A DNA stretch of 64,000 bases, taken from Chthonomonadaceae bacterium. Its GTDB lineage: Bacteria > Armatimonadota > Chthonomonadetes > Chthonomonadales > Chthonomonadaceae. A program made the position numbers and the translations under genes. The stretch is from assembly GCA_035650735.1 (NCBI GenBank), contig DASRGZ010000143.1:1-64000 (forward strand), written 5' to 3'. Shown here in pieces: positions 19,837 to 31,000 of this stretch (position 1 is the first letter of the stretch; the number at the start of each line of letters is the position of its first letter). The notes beneath the pieces are model-generated. The model saw nothing but the letters and a program-made list of their open reading frames with translations, ran no database searches and had not been told where the DNA came from.

Positions 19837-20148
19837 CTATCCGCTTAGCCGGATACCGCTCCGCGCGGCGCGCGTTCCCGCGCCGATTTCCGGTTTGCGT
19901 CCGCTTCCGCTGCGGGGCGTGTGCTCAGCAGCGAATGCCTCTTCAGTGCGCGCGGCTGGCTGCTCGGCCAGGGCTTCGGACCCTCCCAGGCGGCTATAGA
20001 AGATCGCCTCGTAATCCCCACGCGCCCGCAATTGATTGTAATGGGCATCGCATAGGGTGAGCGGGTAGCCGTTCGACTGCCACCACCAGTGAACCCAGGG
20101 GGCGGGCGAAGAGCACCCAGGCGTGCCACAGGATGATTGAGCGTTCAT
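19837..20148 (-). CDS. Small putative metal-binding protein (CxxxxC..CxxH)
   Basis: AAGGAG RBS; CGTPGC...LCDAH. Confidence 0.6.
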   Translation of the reverse strand: MNAQSSCGTPGCSSPAPWVHWWWQSNGYPLTLCDAHYNQLRARGDYEAIFYSRLGGSEALAEQPAARTEEAFAAEHTPRSGSGRKPEIGAGTRAARSGIRLSG

Positions 20149-20236
20149 GTCCGTTTCTCCTTCACAGGCAGGCAATTTTCTGTAAAATTTTGCCGCTGTT
20201 TGTACTCGACCTTAAGTTTCCTTCGATGATCCGCCG

Positions 20237-21457
20237 CTAACGCGACAGGGAAGGGCTTTCCCTAATCCCCGCCCCTACGTCGAAGGTTCGTGCCACCACA
20301 GCCGTAGAGGGCGTTTGCCGGCGTCGGCGGGCCAGGGAGGCGAGCGCTTCCTGGTAGGCCCGATCCTGGCGCTCGGCCATCTGCCGGGCGGTAAACCGCT
20401 GTCTGTAGCGCGCTTTCGCGGCGGCGCTCCAGCGGCAATCCGTCTCCGGCGCGAAGGCCAGCCTTAGGCCCTGCGCCAGCGCCGCATGGTCGCCTATCGG
20501 GGCCAGCCAGCCGGTGACGCCATGCTCTACCGCGTCCCGGACGCCGGGCGCATCGCAGCCGACAACCGGGAGCCCTACGGCCATCGCTTCCAGAACCGCC
20601 AGCGGCAGCCCCTCGAAGCGGCTAGGCATGACCAGCGCATCGGCTGCCGCCAGCAAGCCAGGCACATCCCGCCAATGGCCCAGAAACCGCACGCGGCCCG
20701 CAATGCCAAGCTGCTGCGCCTCGCGCTCCAATTCCCCGCGCAGGGGGCCGTCGCCCGCAATCAGCGCATGGGCGCAGGCGTCGACCGAATCGAGCCTAGA
20801 CAAGGCGCGCAGCAGCAGGCCCGGATCCTTCTGCTCCGTCAGCCGCCCGACAAAGAGCGCAACCGGCGCGTCTTCCGGCAGACCGAGCGCCTGCCGAGCG
20901 TCGGCGCGCGTTGGGAGCAATCGCGGCGCCTCCACGCCGTTCTCCACGGTGAACGCCTTTTCTGCCGCAATCAGGCTGCATTCTACCAGAGACTGCCGGA
21001 CGCTCTCGGAAACGGCGAAACTCCGATGCAATAGACGATTGACTCGACGGCGGTGCTCCAATTCCTGATCCAGCTTCAGGACGCAGGGAAGGTGATCGGT
21101 GGCCACCACCAGCGGGACGCCCGCACAGCGCGCGGCAATCGTACCCCAATCGCCCTCCCAGGTAGCGCCAATGTGGTTGTGAAAGATGTGTATCCGCCAC
21201 GCCCGGAGTTGCCGCGCCAGCGCTGCCAGCGCCGGCAGATCAGTATCCCCGCGCACCGTGTAACGCGCCATCCCGGCCACATAGGGCTGCATCCGCTCGG
21301 CCAGGCCGTCCGCGCCCGGATGGTCGGCGCAGATCAGGAACAGGGCGTAGCGCTGGCGCGGCAGATGCCGGGCCAGCATCTCCATCACCCGGCCCACCCC
21401 GCTCGGCTCCAGGCTATCGGTAAACAGAGCCAACCGAATGCGCTGCTCGCGTGGCAT
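20237..21457 (-). CDS. Glycosyltransferase family 4
   Basis: FVGRLTEQKD, PSRFEGLPLAVLEAMAVG. Confidence 0.92.
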   Translation of the reverse strand: MPREQRIRLALFTDSLEPSGVGRVMEMLARHLPRQRYALFLICADHPGADGLAERMQPYVAGMARYTVRGDTDLPALAALARQLRAWRIHIFHNHIGATWEGDWGTIAARCAGVPLVVATDHLPCVLKLDQELEHRRRVNRLLHRSFAVSESVRQSLVECSLIAAEKAFTVENGVEAPRLLPTRADARQALGLPEDAPVALFVGRLTEQKDPGLLLRALSRLDSVDACAHALIAGDGPLRGELEREAQQLGIAGRVRFLGHWRDVPGLLAAADALVMPSRFEGLPLAVLEAMAVGLPVVGCDAPGVRDAVEHGVTGWLAPIGDHAALAQGLRLAFAPETDCRWSAAAKARYRQRFTARQMAERQDRAYQEALASLARRRRQTPSTAVVARTFDVGAGIRESPSLSR

Positions 21458-22587
21458 CAGGTAGTTCTCCTGCCGCAGCTTGTTTCCGCCAGGGCTTCCG
21501 GGAAGGTCAGCGCGACCTGAACGGCATGGTTTGGGTACTTATCCAGCAACTGGTAGGCCGAGGCAGCCTCCTGGAACGGAATCTCCTGGGTGATCAGGGG
21601 AATCAGATCCAGCTTGCCGGCAGCCTGCAGGTCCATGATGGTCCGCTCCAGGCGGGGCACATCCCAACGGTAACTGAGCGCGGGATTGACGGTGAAAATC
21701 TGCGAGCAGATGATCTGCACCCGGTTATGGTGGAACTCCTCACCCAAAAACAGGCTGCCAGCGCTGCTCTGGTAGAAGCCCAGCGAGATCACCTTGCCCG
21801 CGTAGGCCACGCTGCGGATCGCCTCGGCCAGCGCGTCGTAGCTGCCCGCCGCTTCAATCACTACATCCGCGCCCCGACCGTGCGACTCGCCCTTGATCGT
21901 CAGGGCCACGTCCTTGCTCAGCCACTCATCGGCGTAGCGCTCAGCATGGCGCAGCCGCACCGGATCGATATCCACGGCGATGACGCGCGCGCCCGCCAGA
22001 CGCGCCAGCCCCATGCAGATGAGGCCAACGACTCCCGCCCCGAAGACGGCCACCGTCTCGCCTACGTTAATCTGGGCGTCCAGGATGCCGTTGAGGGCGA
22101 TGGCCCCGATCCGGGCGAAGATGCCGTGACGTGGGTCCTGATCGGAGGAGAAGCGGTTCTGCGCCGCTAAGCGAGCGGGCAGCACTACCTCCGTGCGGTG
22201 CGACCAGGAGCCATAGACGCAATCGCCCACCGCCACCTCGGTCACATCCGGGCCGACTTCCACCACGCAGCCTACTTCCTCGTAGCCCAGCGGCGCGGGA
22301 TAGAACTGCGGCTGCTCCGTCGTCGGCACGAACAGCTTGAGCTCGGCATTCCAGCGTTTCTTAGCGTAAGGATTGCTGCCGCGATAGATGGTCATCTCGG
22401 TCCCGGCGGAAATACCGGAGTAGAGCGTGCGCACGCGCACCTGGCCTGGCGCCAACGGCGGCCGCTCCTGCTGCTGAAACGCGACAGCGTATGGCTCCTG
22501 GATGACCAGGATTTCTACCGGCTTCTGCGGCCCGGCTTCCGGCGACGGCTGCTGGCCGGGCATCGGCTCTTTCTGTTTGGTCTCCAT
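21457..22587 (-). CDS. Medium-chain (MDR) dehydrogenase
   Basis: YSGISAGTE, LGYEEVG, GAGVVG, EFHHNR. Confidence 0.88.
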   Translation of the reverse strand: METKQKEPMPGQQPSPEAGPQKPVEILVIQEPYAVAFQQQERPPLAPGQVRVRTLYSGISAGTEMTIYRGSNPYAKKRWNAELKLFVPTTEQPQFYPAPLGYEEVGCVVEVGPDVTEVAVGDCVYGSWSHRTEVVLPARLAAQNRFSSDQDPRHGIFARIGAIALNGILDAQINVGETVAVFGAGVVGLICMGLARLAGARVIAVDIDPVRLRHAERYADEWLSKDVALTIKGESHGRGADVVIEAAGSYDALAEAIRSVAYAGKVISLGFYQSSAGSLFLGEEFHHNRVQIICSQIFTVNPALSYRWDVPRLERTIMDLQAAGKLDLIPLITQEIPFQEAASAYQLLDKYPNHAVQVALTFPEALAETSCGRRTT

Positions 22588-22647
22588 CCTACTTCTCTTA
22601 GCTCATACGGAGCGCATCTACACAAGCTTCTGGCCGCCCGGTCCTGA

Positions 22648-22847
22648 AGCGGCAGGCTGAACCTGCCGCTGTAGAGCCTACGGCTCTCTGCCTGCCTACG
22701 CAGGCAGAATACTGAATGAGAGGTTTTGCTGCACGCCGCCTGCTGGCAGACCGTGCACGATGCTGTCTGCGCAGCCAGAGCATTTCGCCCACGTAGGTGG
22801 GCGACGGGCGCTGTGCGCCCTCGATCGGCAGGGTTTAGCCTGCCGCT
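22648..22847. repeat. Multi-hairpin intergenic element, copy 2 (inverted)
   Basis: Reverse-complement similarity to 17175-17357; GCGGCAGG..CCTGCCGC-type hairpin at both ends. Confidence 0.8.
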
Positions 22848-22854
22848 TTAGGGA

Positions 22855-23991
22855 CTAAGCCGCTCGCTCTGCCTGTCGTCTGGCAGCCAGTTTGGTAAAC
22901 AGCGCCTCCCACTGCGGGATGACGGCCTCGGCGCTGTAGTTACGAACCACGTGATCCCGCAGCGCGCCGCCAAGCTGCGCGCGCAGCCCCGGATCGTCGG
23001 CCAGCAGGATCATGGCCTTTGCCACCTCCGGCGGATTCTCATGCGGCACAAATAGCCCGCTGACGCCATCCGTGATCTGCTGGGGCGTGCCGCCGTCGCG
23101 CGTGGCGATCACGGGCAAACCGGCCGCGCCGGCCTCCGCGATCACATGGGGCATTCCCTCCCCGCGGGACAGCCACACAAAGATATCCAGCCCGGCCAGC
23201 AGGCGCGCGACATCCTTCCGGTCGCCGGTAAAGATCAGTCGTCCCTCCAGGCCGCACTCCGCCGCCTGCCGGCGCAGCCCCTCCGCGTATTCGGGATGGA
23301 AGGCGTCCGGCCCGCCGATAACCATAAACCGCGCCTGCGGGCGCTCCCGCGCCGCCAGGGCGCACGCCTCAACGAAGTCCTGCACATGCTTCTTGGGGTC
23401 CAACCGGCCCACCCAGCCGATCAGCGTCTCCTCAGGCGTCAGGCCGAACTCCGCCCGCGCCGACTCGCGGTCGCCCTCCCGAAACTCGCTGAGGTCCACC
23501 ATGCTGGGGATCTCATAGGCGTCGTCCGGGCAGGGCATCACGGACGCCCCGGCGTCCCGGATCTCCCTGCAGACCCCCACATAGGCGCTCGTGTAGTGTT
23601 TCGGGTTATGGAACGCCTCGGAGACCAGCCCGCCGTGCTCGACCAGCGGCGGGCGGTCGTCGAGCAGGTCATAGGCCGGATAGATCGGGCGCACCCCCTG
23701 GCAGGCGATGACGATATCAGGCCGCTTCTCCCGGATAAAACGCGCGATGTGCGGGGGATGCTCCTCCGGCGGCATATCGTAGCAGCAGGAATCCACCGGC
23801 ACGCCCAGCGCCTCTAACTGCTCATGGGTCTGGCTCGGCATGTTGGGCTTGCGGAAGGTAGAGAGCACGGACAGCCGGTAGCGCCTGGGGTTCAGATTGC
23901 GCGCCAGCAGCCGCACCTCGGTCTCCTCGCCCCCGACTACCAGCCAGGCGAAAACAAACAGGACATGCAGGGGATCATCTTTGCCCAGCAT
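22855..23991 (-). CDS. Glycosyltransferase family 4
   Basis: WVGRLDPKK, SRGEGMPHVIAEAGAAG. Confidence 0.9.
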   Translation of the reverse strand: MLGKDDPLHVLFVFAWLVVGGEETEVRLLARNLNPRRYRLSVLSTFRKPNMPSQTHEQLEALGVPVDSCCYDMPPEEHPPHIARFIREKRPDIVIACQGVRPIYPAYDLLDDRPPLVEHGGLVSEAFHNPKHYTSAYVGVCREIRDAGASVMPCPDDAYEIPSMVDLSEFREGDRESARAEFGLTPEETLIGWVGRLDPKKHVQDFVEACALAARERPQARFMVIGGPDAFHPEYAEGLRRQAAECGLEGRLIFTGDRKDVARLLAGLDIFVWLSRGEGMPHVIAEAGAAGLPVIATRDGGTPQQITDGVSGLFVPHENPPEVAKAMILLADDPGLRAQLGGALRDHVVRNYSAEAVIPQWEALFTKLAARRQAERAA

Positions 23992-24095
23992 GGCAGGCCC
24001 CCTTCCTCATTGATTGCGTCCAGAAACGTGTGTAAACTCGGCCTGTGTGCCGAGATGGAACGGGCAAAGAGCGCCCGCTTTCTGGGCGTAATTTC

Positions 24096-25289
24096 CTATT
24101 CGCAGCGTAGGACGACTTGCAGCGCCTTCTTGCCATCGTTTGCCAGCAGGTCGAACGCCTGTTGGGCGCTCTCAAAAGGCAGGGTGTGGGTGATCAGCCG
24201 CTCCTTCACCTGGTTGCCCTTGTCCCGCAGGAAATCCAGGGTCACGGCCCCCAGCCGCCGCCGGTCCCATTGGGCGCACAGCTTGCGCGGCACCCGGTAG
24301 ATCTGGGCGCAGATGTGCTTGAGGCCGTTGTGGTGGAACTCCTGCCCCAGCTTGACCTGCTCGGCGCCGTCCTGGTAGAACCCCAGATCGATCACCGCCG
24401 CCTGCGGCTGTAGGGACCGCAACGCCAGATGCAGCAGCTCGTCCGAGCCGGAACACTGGAAAGCCACGTGCGCGCCGCGATTGCCCGCGCCGTCGTGCCA
24501 GCGCAGCTTGGCCCAGCGGCCCACGTCTGTCTTCTGGGTGTTGATCGGGATCAGGCCCAAAGACTCGGCCACGGAGAGCTTCCAGTCGTTGCGGCCCGCG
24601 ACGGCCACCTCGGAGGCGCCGGCCCACTGGCACATCAGGGCGGTCATCAGGCCGATCACGCCTGTGCCGCAGACCAGCACGTTGCGCCCGCGCACGCCCA
24701 CGCCGAACGCCTGCGCGCTCTGCCCATACGCCTCCTCGTCCGCGTGGAGCACGCCATTGGCGCAGATGGGCCCCATCTGCGCTACATAGATGCCCAGGAT
24801 CGGGTCCATATCGGCGGGCAGGGGAAACAGGAGCTCGTTTTTCGGGTCGGCGGTGTGCCCGGTCTTGTGGCCGTAGGTCATGGCGACGACCTCGCCGGTC
24901 GGGAACGCCGGGGAGCGCGACTCCACCACACGCCCAACCTGCATGTAGCCGGAAAACGGCAGGGGGTATTCCGTGCAGCCATCGTCGGCGAAAAGCTTGA
25001 GCTCGTCGTCCCAGCGCGCAGAAAGGTAGGGGTTGGTGCCCTGGAAGTGGGTCAACTCCGTGCCCGTGGAGATGCCGCAATAGAGCGTGCGCACGCGAAC
25101 GCATCCCTCCGGCAGCGGGCCTTCGTCGTAGTGGAAGATCTCGGTCTGGCCGGGCGCGCGAAAGCCGATGTGGTACACCCGCCACGGCTGGCCGACAGGT
25201 TCGGCGGCGGCCACCACCGCCTCCGCCCGACCTTCCTCTTGATGCTCGCCCGCTTGTAAAGCGGTGATCTCAACGTTATTGACTGCCAT
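24096..25289 (-). CDS. Medium-chain (MDR) dehydrogenase
   Basis: YCGISTGTE, SGYMQVG, GTGVIG, EFHHNG; paralog of 21457-22587. Confidence 0.88.
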   Translation of the reverse strand: MAVNNVEITALQAGEHQEEGRAEAVVAAAEPVGQPWRVYHIGFRAPGQTEIFHYDEGPLPEGCVRVRTLYCGISTGTELTHFQGTNPYLSARWDDELKLFADDGCTEYPLPFSGYMQVGRVVESRSPAFPTGEVVAMTYGHKTGHTADPKNELLFPLPADMDPILGIYVAQMGPICANGVLHADEEAYGQSAQAFGVGVRGRNVLVCGTGVIGLMTALMCQWAGASEVAVAGRNDWKLSVAESLGLIPINTQKTDVGRWAKLRWHDGAGNRGAHVAFQCSGSDELLHLALRSLQPQAAVIDLGFYQDGAEQVKLGQEFHHNGLKHICAQIYRVPRKLCAQWDRRRLGAVTLDFLRDKGNQVKERLITHTLPFESAQQAFDLLANDGKKALQVVLRCE

Positions 25290-25954
25290 CTTCTCACTCC
25301 TCCCTCTGGGTGTGCGGCCTCACCGAAGAGGCCGGAACCGAGCGTTCCCCAGACCGGCTTCGCCTCCGCGCATGCACAAGACCAAAACGCACCCCTGGCT
25401 GCCCTGAAACCACAGAGCAAAGCGCTGCGTTTTGCACAGACGCCGCTTCCCTAGCCATCAGCGCTCAGGGCAGAGGCAAGCGAGAAAATCACGCGGCTCC
25501 CGGTTTGGCCCGCTCTGTGTCGGCAGGACAAACAGGCCGGAACCGGACAGGTTGCCGGTGGAAGCCACAGGAGCACGAGCAGCGTGTTATTGCACAGGCA
25601 GGCGTGTGCTGTTGGATACCCGCAGAGAACACGGATAGCACACGTAAGCCGAAAAGGACTCTCACAACGCAGGAACTTGAGGTTATATCCGAATTGCGCG
25701 GCAGCACCTTAGGAAACCGTGGTTTGAGATTGAGCCTCCGAGAGGCAACCACACTCTAGGGCAGGGCTGCCGGTTGCGCTGCTGCCGGTGGAAAACATCC
25801 AGGTCTGATTGGCTGTTAGCAACGTCGGGGATTAGACCGGATGAGCAGAAAGGGGAGTATCGTACTTTCGACCTATTTTGGAGTAGGCAATAAGGCTATC
25901 TGAACAGAACAGCAGAGCCAAGAAGTCTCGGCTCCGCTGTCCGCCAGACCCACA

Positions 25955-26146
25955 TCACGACGCGCCACTCTGGGCGGGAGGCTGTAAGCGTTCCAAAAGC
26001 TTCCTGACCGTCGCCTCCCGCGCCTTGAGCACTTCCTTGGCCTCGTGGCTATCGGCACGATAGACCTCGGAGCGCAAGGATTGGAACTCGTCCTCCAGCA
26101 ACTCGACCAGTATCTGGCGCTCGTTCTCTGTCAATGCGATCTCCAT
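25955..26146 (-). CDS. Small helical hypothetical protein
   Basis: GGAGGAGG RBS; MEIALTENERQILVELLE amphipathic helices. Confidence 0.7.
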   Translation of the reverse strand: MEIALTENERQILVELLEDEFQSLRSEVYRADSHEAKEVLKAREATVRKLLERLQPPAQSGAS

Positions 26147-26526
26147 GGATATCCTCCTCCAGGCCATGCGTCATGGCCGCGCCAATGACGCTGCCAAAGC
26201 CTGATTCGGCACTTTGGCAATCTCTTCCTCTTCGCTGGGGCGCCTTGTTCTCGCAGGAGGCATCTTCCCAGACGCCTGAAGTTGCGGCGTGCGCGGACAG
26301 GCACATTTGCGGAACAGGATCGGCGTGCCTGTCGTCATGCTCAAAGCGCCCACGCCTACTTGCCGATGGCCATGACCGCATCATCACAGGCTCTCTGCCC
26401 TCTTAGACCTCTTGCCTCAGTGGGCTCGATAGATAAGCTTCGGATGGTCCAGGGGGGCTGAGGCAAGAGGTCGATTGGTTCCGGGGAGAGGCGCGGGGGG
26501 AGCGATTGCCTGTCGGAGGAAACAGG

Positions 26527-27102
26527 ATGATACGCGCCAGAAAATGCCAAGAACCTATTGCAAGGGAGCGCCGATCCCGGGGCTATGGCTGGCTGCTACT
26601 GGGCGGACTCGGCGCGGGGATGCTAGGAACGGCGATCTGGACCCTGATGAGGGCACGGGCACAGGCGCAGGCCGGTGCCGAGATCGGCGGCAGGCGAGAT
26701 ACGCAGGATAAGAGCGCACCCCTTGCCGAGACCGCGCCGGCGACGCGCGCGCCGGAGGCCGCAGCCGGGCCTTTAACGCCAACGACTGCTGCGCACCCTG
26801 CAGAGACGCCGAAGCCTGTATCGCCGCCGCCGGAGGCCGCGTCCGTAAGCCTGGCTGCCGGCTCAACTACGCTGGGACCGGCTGCCGGGGAGTTGAGCGA
26901 TCACGACTTTCTTACCCCACCGGTTTCGCACCGGGCATCCGAGGAGAAAGTCACGGTCAATGCCAACCAGGCCGACCCGGAAACACTGTTTGGCGGCGGA
27001 ACTCCCGGCGAGGTCGCGGGCGATCAGCAGCCCGTCGGCGACGTGCCATCCATAATGGATCAGGAGGAGGCGACGCCGGATTTTGCCCAGGAGCGCGGCT
27101 GA
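26527..27102 (+). CDS. Membrane-anchored low-complexity hypothetical protein
   Basis: GGAGG RBS; one TM segment then an A/P/E-rich region. Confidence 0.65.
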   Translation: MIRARKCQEPIARERRSRGYGWLLLGGLGAGMLGTAIWTLMRARAQAQAGAEIGGRRDTQDKSAPLAETAPATRAPEAAAGPLTPTTAAHPAETPKPVSPPPEAASVSLAAGSTTLGPAAGELSDHDFLTPPVSHRASEEKVTVNANQADPETLFGGGTPGEVAGDQQPVGDVPSIMDQEEATPDFAQERG

Positions 27103-27174
27103 GCGCTGCTCCTATGAGGCCAAAACCAGGTTGCTAATTCAACTGACGCAAGCCAACTTTTTTGCGGCGGGTAC

Positions 27175-27203
27175 TTGCTTTACGACACGCTTTGTCTTAT
27201 AAT
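27175..27203 (+). promoter_or_regulatory. Sigma70 promoter with no sense CDS downstream
   Basis: TTGCTT-17 nt-TATAAT. Confidence 0.55.
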
Positions 27204-27209
27204 AGAAGC

Positions 27210-27404
27210 CGCGCTTACAGGTTCTTGTTTTGCCGGGCGCCGCTAACAGCAAACGATACGGCGGCGTCTCCTGCAAATGTTTCCCAGCCCGATTTTACCC
27301 TTATGACGAATCCGCCTGGGGAGGCGGAACAGGGCGCCTCGTCGCTGACCAGGCGCCCTGAAAAAAAACGCCGTGCCGGGACTCCCCCCTCGGCACGGCG
27401 TTTT
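27210..27404 (+). ncRNA. Candidate sRNA of about 195 nt
   Basis: Between a promoter and a terminator; hairpins TCCGCCT-GGGG-AGGCGGA and CAGGGCGCCT..AGGCGCCCTG. Confidence 0.35.
27361..27404. terminator. Bidirectional intrinsic terminator
   Basis: A8-CGCCGTGCCG..CGGCACGGCG-TTTT. Confidence 0.8.
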
Positions 27405-27442
27405 GATGTTTGGCTTCTAGCGCTGCCAGGTGGATACGCTGG

Positions 27443-27491
27443 ACTCCCACCTAACCCCCCGTCCCCCTTCCCTGCGAGGGAAGGGGGTGAC
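27443..27491. repeat. CCCCTCTCC..GGAGAGGGG-type palindromic repeat
   Basis: CCCCCTTCCCT-GCG-AGGGAAGGGGG; relatives at 27987-28031 and 51341-51467. Confidence 0.6.
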
Positions 27492-27543
27492 CCGGCTTCT
27501 TCTCTTCTCTCCCCAGAATTGGGAGGCTATTTCCGCCTACGGT

Positions 27544-27930
27544 TCAGGCGGGAACCGGAACGGACTCAGAGACCGGCGCGGCGACTCGCCGGGTGGAGGC
27601 CAAATGCAAGATGTGGATATTCTCGCTGTGCGTCCAGATTCGCTCGCGGCGGCCCCAGTAGGCGCAATACGCCTGCCGGCCATCCACCGTCGGAACCCAG
27701 CCATCCTGGCCGCTGCCGGTGAACAGCACCACGCAGGTATACGGCTTGATGGGAACGTCCTCCCGAAAGATATACATCTCCTGGGCAACCCGCGCGGCAT
27801 CTCCGCTCAGGTAGGCATCCGTACATAACGCCCAGCCGCGCAGGCTGACCGTCAACAGCCCCTGGTTCTGCAAGACGACGTATTCTCCCTGCGCGCTCGT
27901 TGCGGGATGTATCTCCACGATCTTTAGCAT
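27544..27930 (-). CDS. Lamin-tail-domain-like protein
   Basis: GEYVVLQNQG..VSLRGWAL, VVLFTGSG, YWG..IW. Confidence 0.75.
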   Translation of the reverse strand: MLKIVEIHPATSAQGEYVVLQNQGLLTVSLRGWALCTDAYLSGDAARVAQEMYIFREDVPIKPYTCVVLFTGSGQDGWVPTVDGRQAYCAYWGRRERIWTHSENIHILHLASTRRVAAPVSESVPVPA

Positions 27931-27986
27931 CGCCCTTTCTCCCTAGCCGTCCATGCCCCTTCGGGTCACCCTCTCGCATAAAAACG

Positions 27987-28031
27987 CCTCTCCCCTCTCC
28001 TGTAGAAGGAGAGGGGACGGGGGTGAGGTCT
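27987..28031. repeat. CCCCTCTCC..GGAGAGGGG-type palindromic repeat
   Basis: CCCCTCTCCT-GTAGA-AGGAGAGGGG then GGGGGTGAGG. Confidence 0.7.
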
Positions 28032-28040
28032 ATTCTCACG

Positions 28041-31000
28041 TCAGGAGCAGCCGAATACGGAACCGCAGTTGAGGCACTTGAAGCAGGCGCCGTTGCGTAC
28101 CATCAGGCTGCCGCATTCGGTGCAGATCGGTGCGTCGGCCTGGTTCTGGAAGGTTTCGTGCTCGTGTTCCGCCAGGGAGAGCGCCTGCGCAGACGGCTCC
28201 GCGCTCGTCAGCGCCAGCCTCGGGCCGGCAGGAGCCGGCCCGGCCTGAAGCGCGGCCTCCTCGCCGTGCCCGTTCCCGTTGGAGAGGGTCGGCTCGTTGT
28301 TGACCGGCTGATGGTTGAGGAACTTGGCGCCGAGCCAGCGGAAGATGTAGTCCATGATGGACTTGGCGAACCGGATCTCCGGGTTGTTGGTGATGCCGGA
28401 GGGCTCAAAGCGCGTATGGGCGAACTTATCCACCAGCGTCTGCAGCGGCACGCCATACTGCAAAGCCAGCGAGATGGCCGTCGCAAATGAATCCATCAGG
28501 CCGGAGATGGTCGAGCCTTCCTTGCTCATCGTTAGGAAGATTTCGCCTGGCGTCCCATCCTCGTACATGCCGACGGTGATATAGCCCTCATGGCCGGCGA
28601 CGCTGAACTTATGGGTGATGCTGCGCCGCTCGTCGGGCAGCTTGCGGCGCATCGGTCGGCGTGCCTCCACGACCGGCGCTGCCGGCGCAGGTTCCGCCTT
28701 CACTGCCTCGACCACCTTCGGCTCCTCGACCTCCGCCTTCTTGGTCGTCAGCGGCTGGGTGCGCTTGGAGCCGTCGCGGTAGATGGCGATGGCTTTCAGG
28801 CCCAGCTTCCAGCCTTCTATATAGGTCTGGACGATCTCCTCCGGTGTCGCCTCATGGGGCATATTGACCGTCTTGGATATCGCCCCCGATATGAAGGGCT
28901 GCGCCGCCGCCATCATGCGGACATGGCCCATGTAGTGGATGGAGCGCGTGCCGTTGGCGGGCTTAAAGGCACAGTCGAAGATAGGCAGGTGTTCCGGCTT
29001 CAGTTCGGGCGCGCCCTCGATGGTATCGTGCTGGTCAATATAGGCCAGGATCGCCTGAATCTGCGGCTGCGTATAGCCGAGCCGCTGAAGCGCCTCCGGC
29101 ACGGTCGTGTTCACGATCTTCATCACGCCGCCGCCGACCAGGTTCTTGTACTTGACGATGGCGATGTCCGGCTCAATGCCGGTCGTATCACAATCCATCA
29201 GGAACCCGATGGTGTTGTGGCTGACAAAGCCGTTGGCAACATAGGTCACGTTGTCGGGAACGGACAGGTCGTAAGTGAACTGTTCCTCGCCTAGCTCTGC
29301 CGTCGCAACCTCATCGTAGCAGAAACCCAGCAGATGACCGAGTTTCGGGCTGTTGGCGCGCTTGAGCAGCTCCGTGGCCGCCCGCCGGGATACCATGCCG
29401 TGTCGGGCCAGGGACATCAGCAGCGTCTTGCGCAGCGCATCGTCGGCGGGAGCCAGCTCATCTACCATCTCGCGCGTGATCGGAATGTGATCGTAGCGCG
29501 CGGCCTGCGGATGGTCTTGCACTGTTAATAGTGCGCGCTTGCGATCCGAGAGGAAACCGATCTCCTCACCGAAGCGTCCTGCAACGGAGACGTTCAGCAG
29601 GCGCAGAACGTATGGCGGGTTTTGGCCCCATTTCCCTGCCTGTGGCGGATCGATTTTGCGCGTAGTGACAAAGCCCAGCGCCAACAGCAGCGATTGCACG
29701 TCGCGGCTAAACGACTCACTGCGCGTTGTCCATGCCACGTAGCCGTTAGAAATGGTGCTGTCGGCCTCAAACAGGCCGCGCACAAAGGCGGCGTAGATCG
29801 CCGGGTCGTTGGAGTGCAGGACGGCATCCGGGATATGCGGCAGATAGCCTTTGCCCGTGTGCTCCTGCGAGGGCGGGATTTTGGCGAAGCCGCAGGCTTC
29901 CCACCAGAGCGTCAGGCGGACGGAGTTAAAGGCGACTTCGGTATAGCCCTGCCGCTCTGTGATCGCCGCCTCGATGCCAAAGAGCGATCTGCCAAGCTGC
30001 TGTAGGCGCGCGACGACATCTCTATCGGAGGCCGTCACGCACAGGCGAATGCCTTTGGAATGCAGCGAGCCGTCGCCCATGAAGTAACCGACGAATTCGG
30101 CCAGGTCCGCCGTCATCTGACGCGGCACGAAGGTCGTATGATCCGAAGTCCAGTAGGCTTCGGCCAGTGGCGGCAGGGGCACTCGTTGGGGCGTGCCCAC
30201 CAGACCGCCCAGCATGAGCGGCACGCGGTCGCCGGGCCGGATGTCGGCGAAGCGCTTCCACTGCCAGTTCCCCTGCGCATCCACGACCTTAACGCGGTGG
30301 GTCGGCGTGCCTTGAATACGGTAGCCACGTCCCGTCTCAATGGTGACCACCGGCTCGACGCCGTTGACGTAGAACTGGCTGGCCTGGCGCGGCCCTTCGT
30401 CGGTGGCGACTTCGATGTCGAGCCGCTGCCACTGCGCGCCGTTGGGATCGCCCAGGCTCCGCAGGCGCACCAGCCCACGACCGGTCAGGATGAGGCTATC
30501 CCCGACCAGGCAGCCGGTCGGAGCCAGAACCGTCGCCTGCGCGTTGCGGTAGCCGTGCTTCTCGCCGGAAGCGATGGCGTCGTCCCAGGCCCGGCGCGCG
30601 GCGCCGAGCAGATCGTCGGGCACCAGTCGCGCGTCAATCTCGTCCACGGCGGCGCGGTGCATCCGCATGACTTCCAGGAACGGCTCGCGGTTCTTGGCGT
30701 AGCCGGGGAAGGGCCAGCCGTGGTCGCGGGCGATGATGCTGGACTGGTGGTAGGCTTCGCCGGTCATCAGGGCCGTGATCGCTCCGGCGTAGGCGCGGCC
30801 TGCGTCGCTGTCGTAGGGCACACCCCGCGCCATCAGCAGCGCGCCCAGGTTGGCGTAGCCCAGGCCGAGCGGGCGGTAGTCGTGGCTGTTCTCGGCGATG
30901 CGCGGCGTGGGGTAGGAGGCGTTGTCTACAATGATCTCCTGCGCCGTGATGAGGATACGGCAGGCATGTTTGAACGCCTCGGTATCGAACTCGCCGTCCT

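Noticed and set aside
25300..25900. ORFs or ncRNA upstream of the MDR/GT4 cluster
   Set aside because: No RBS-linked protein-like ORF or recognisable RNA motif
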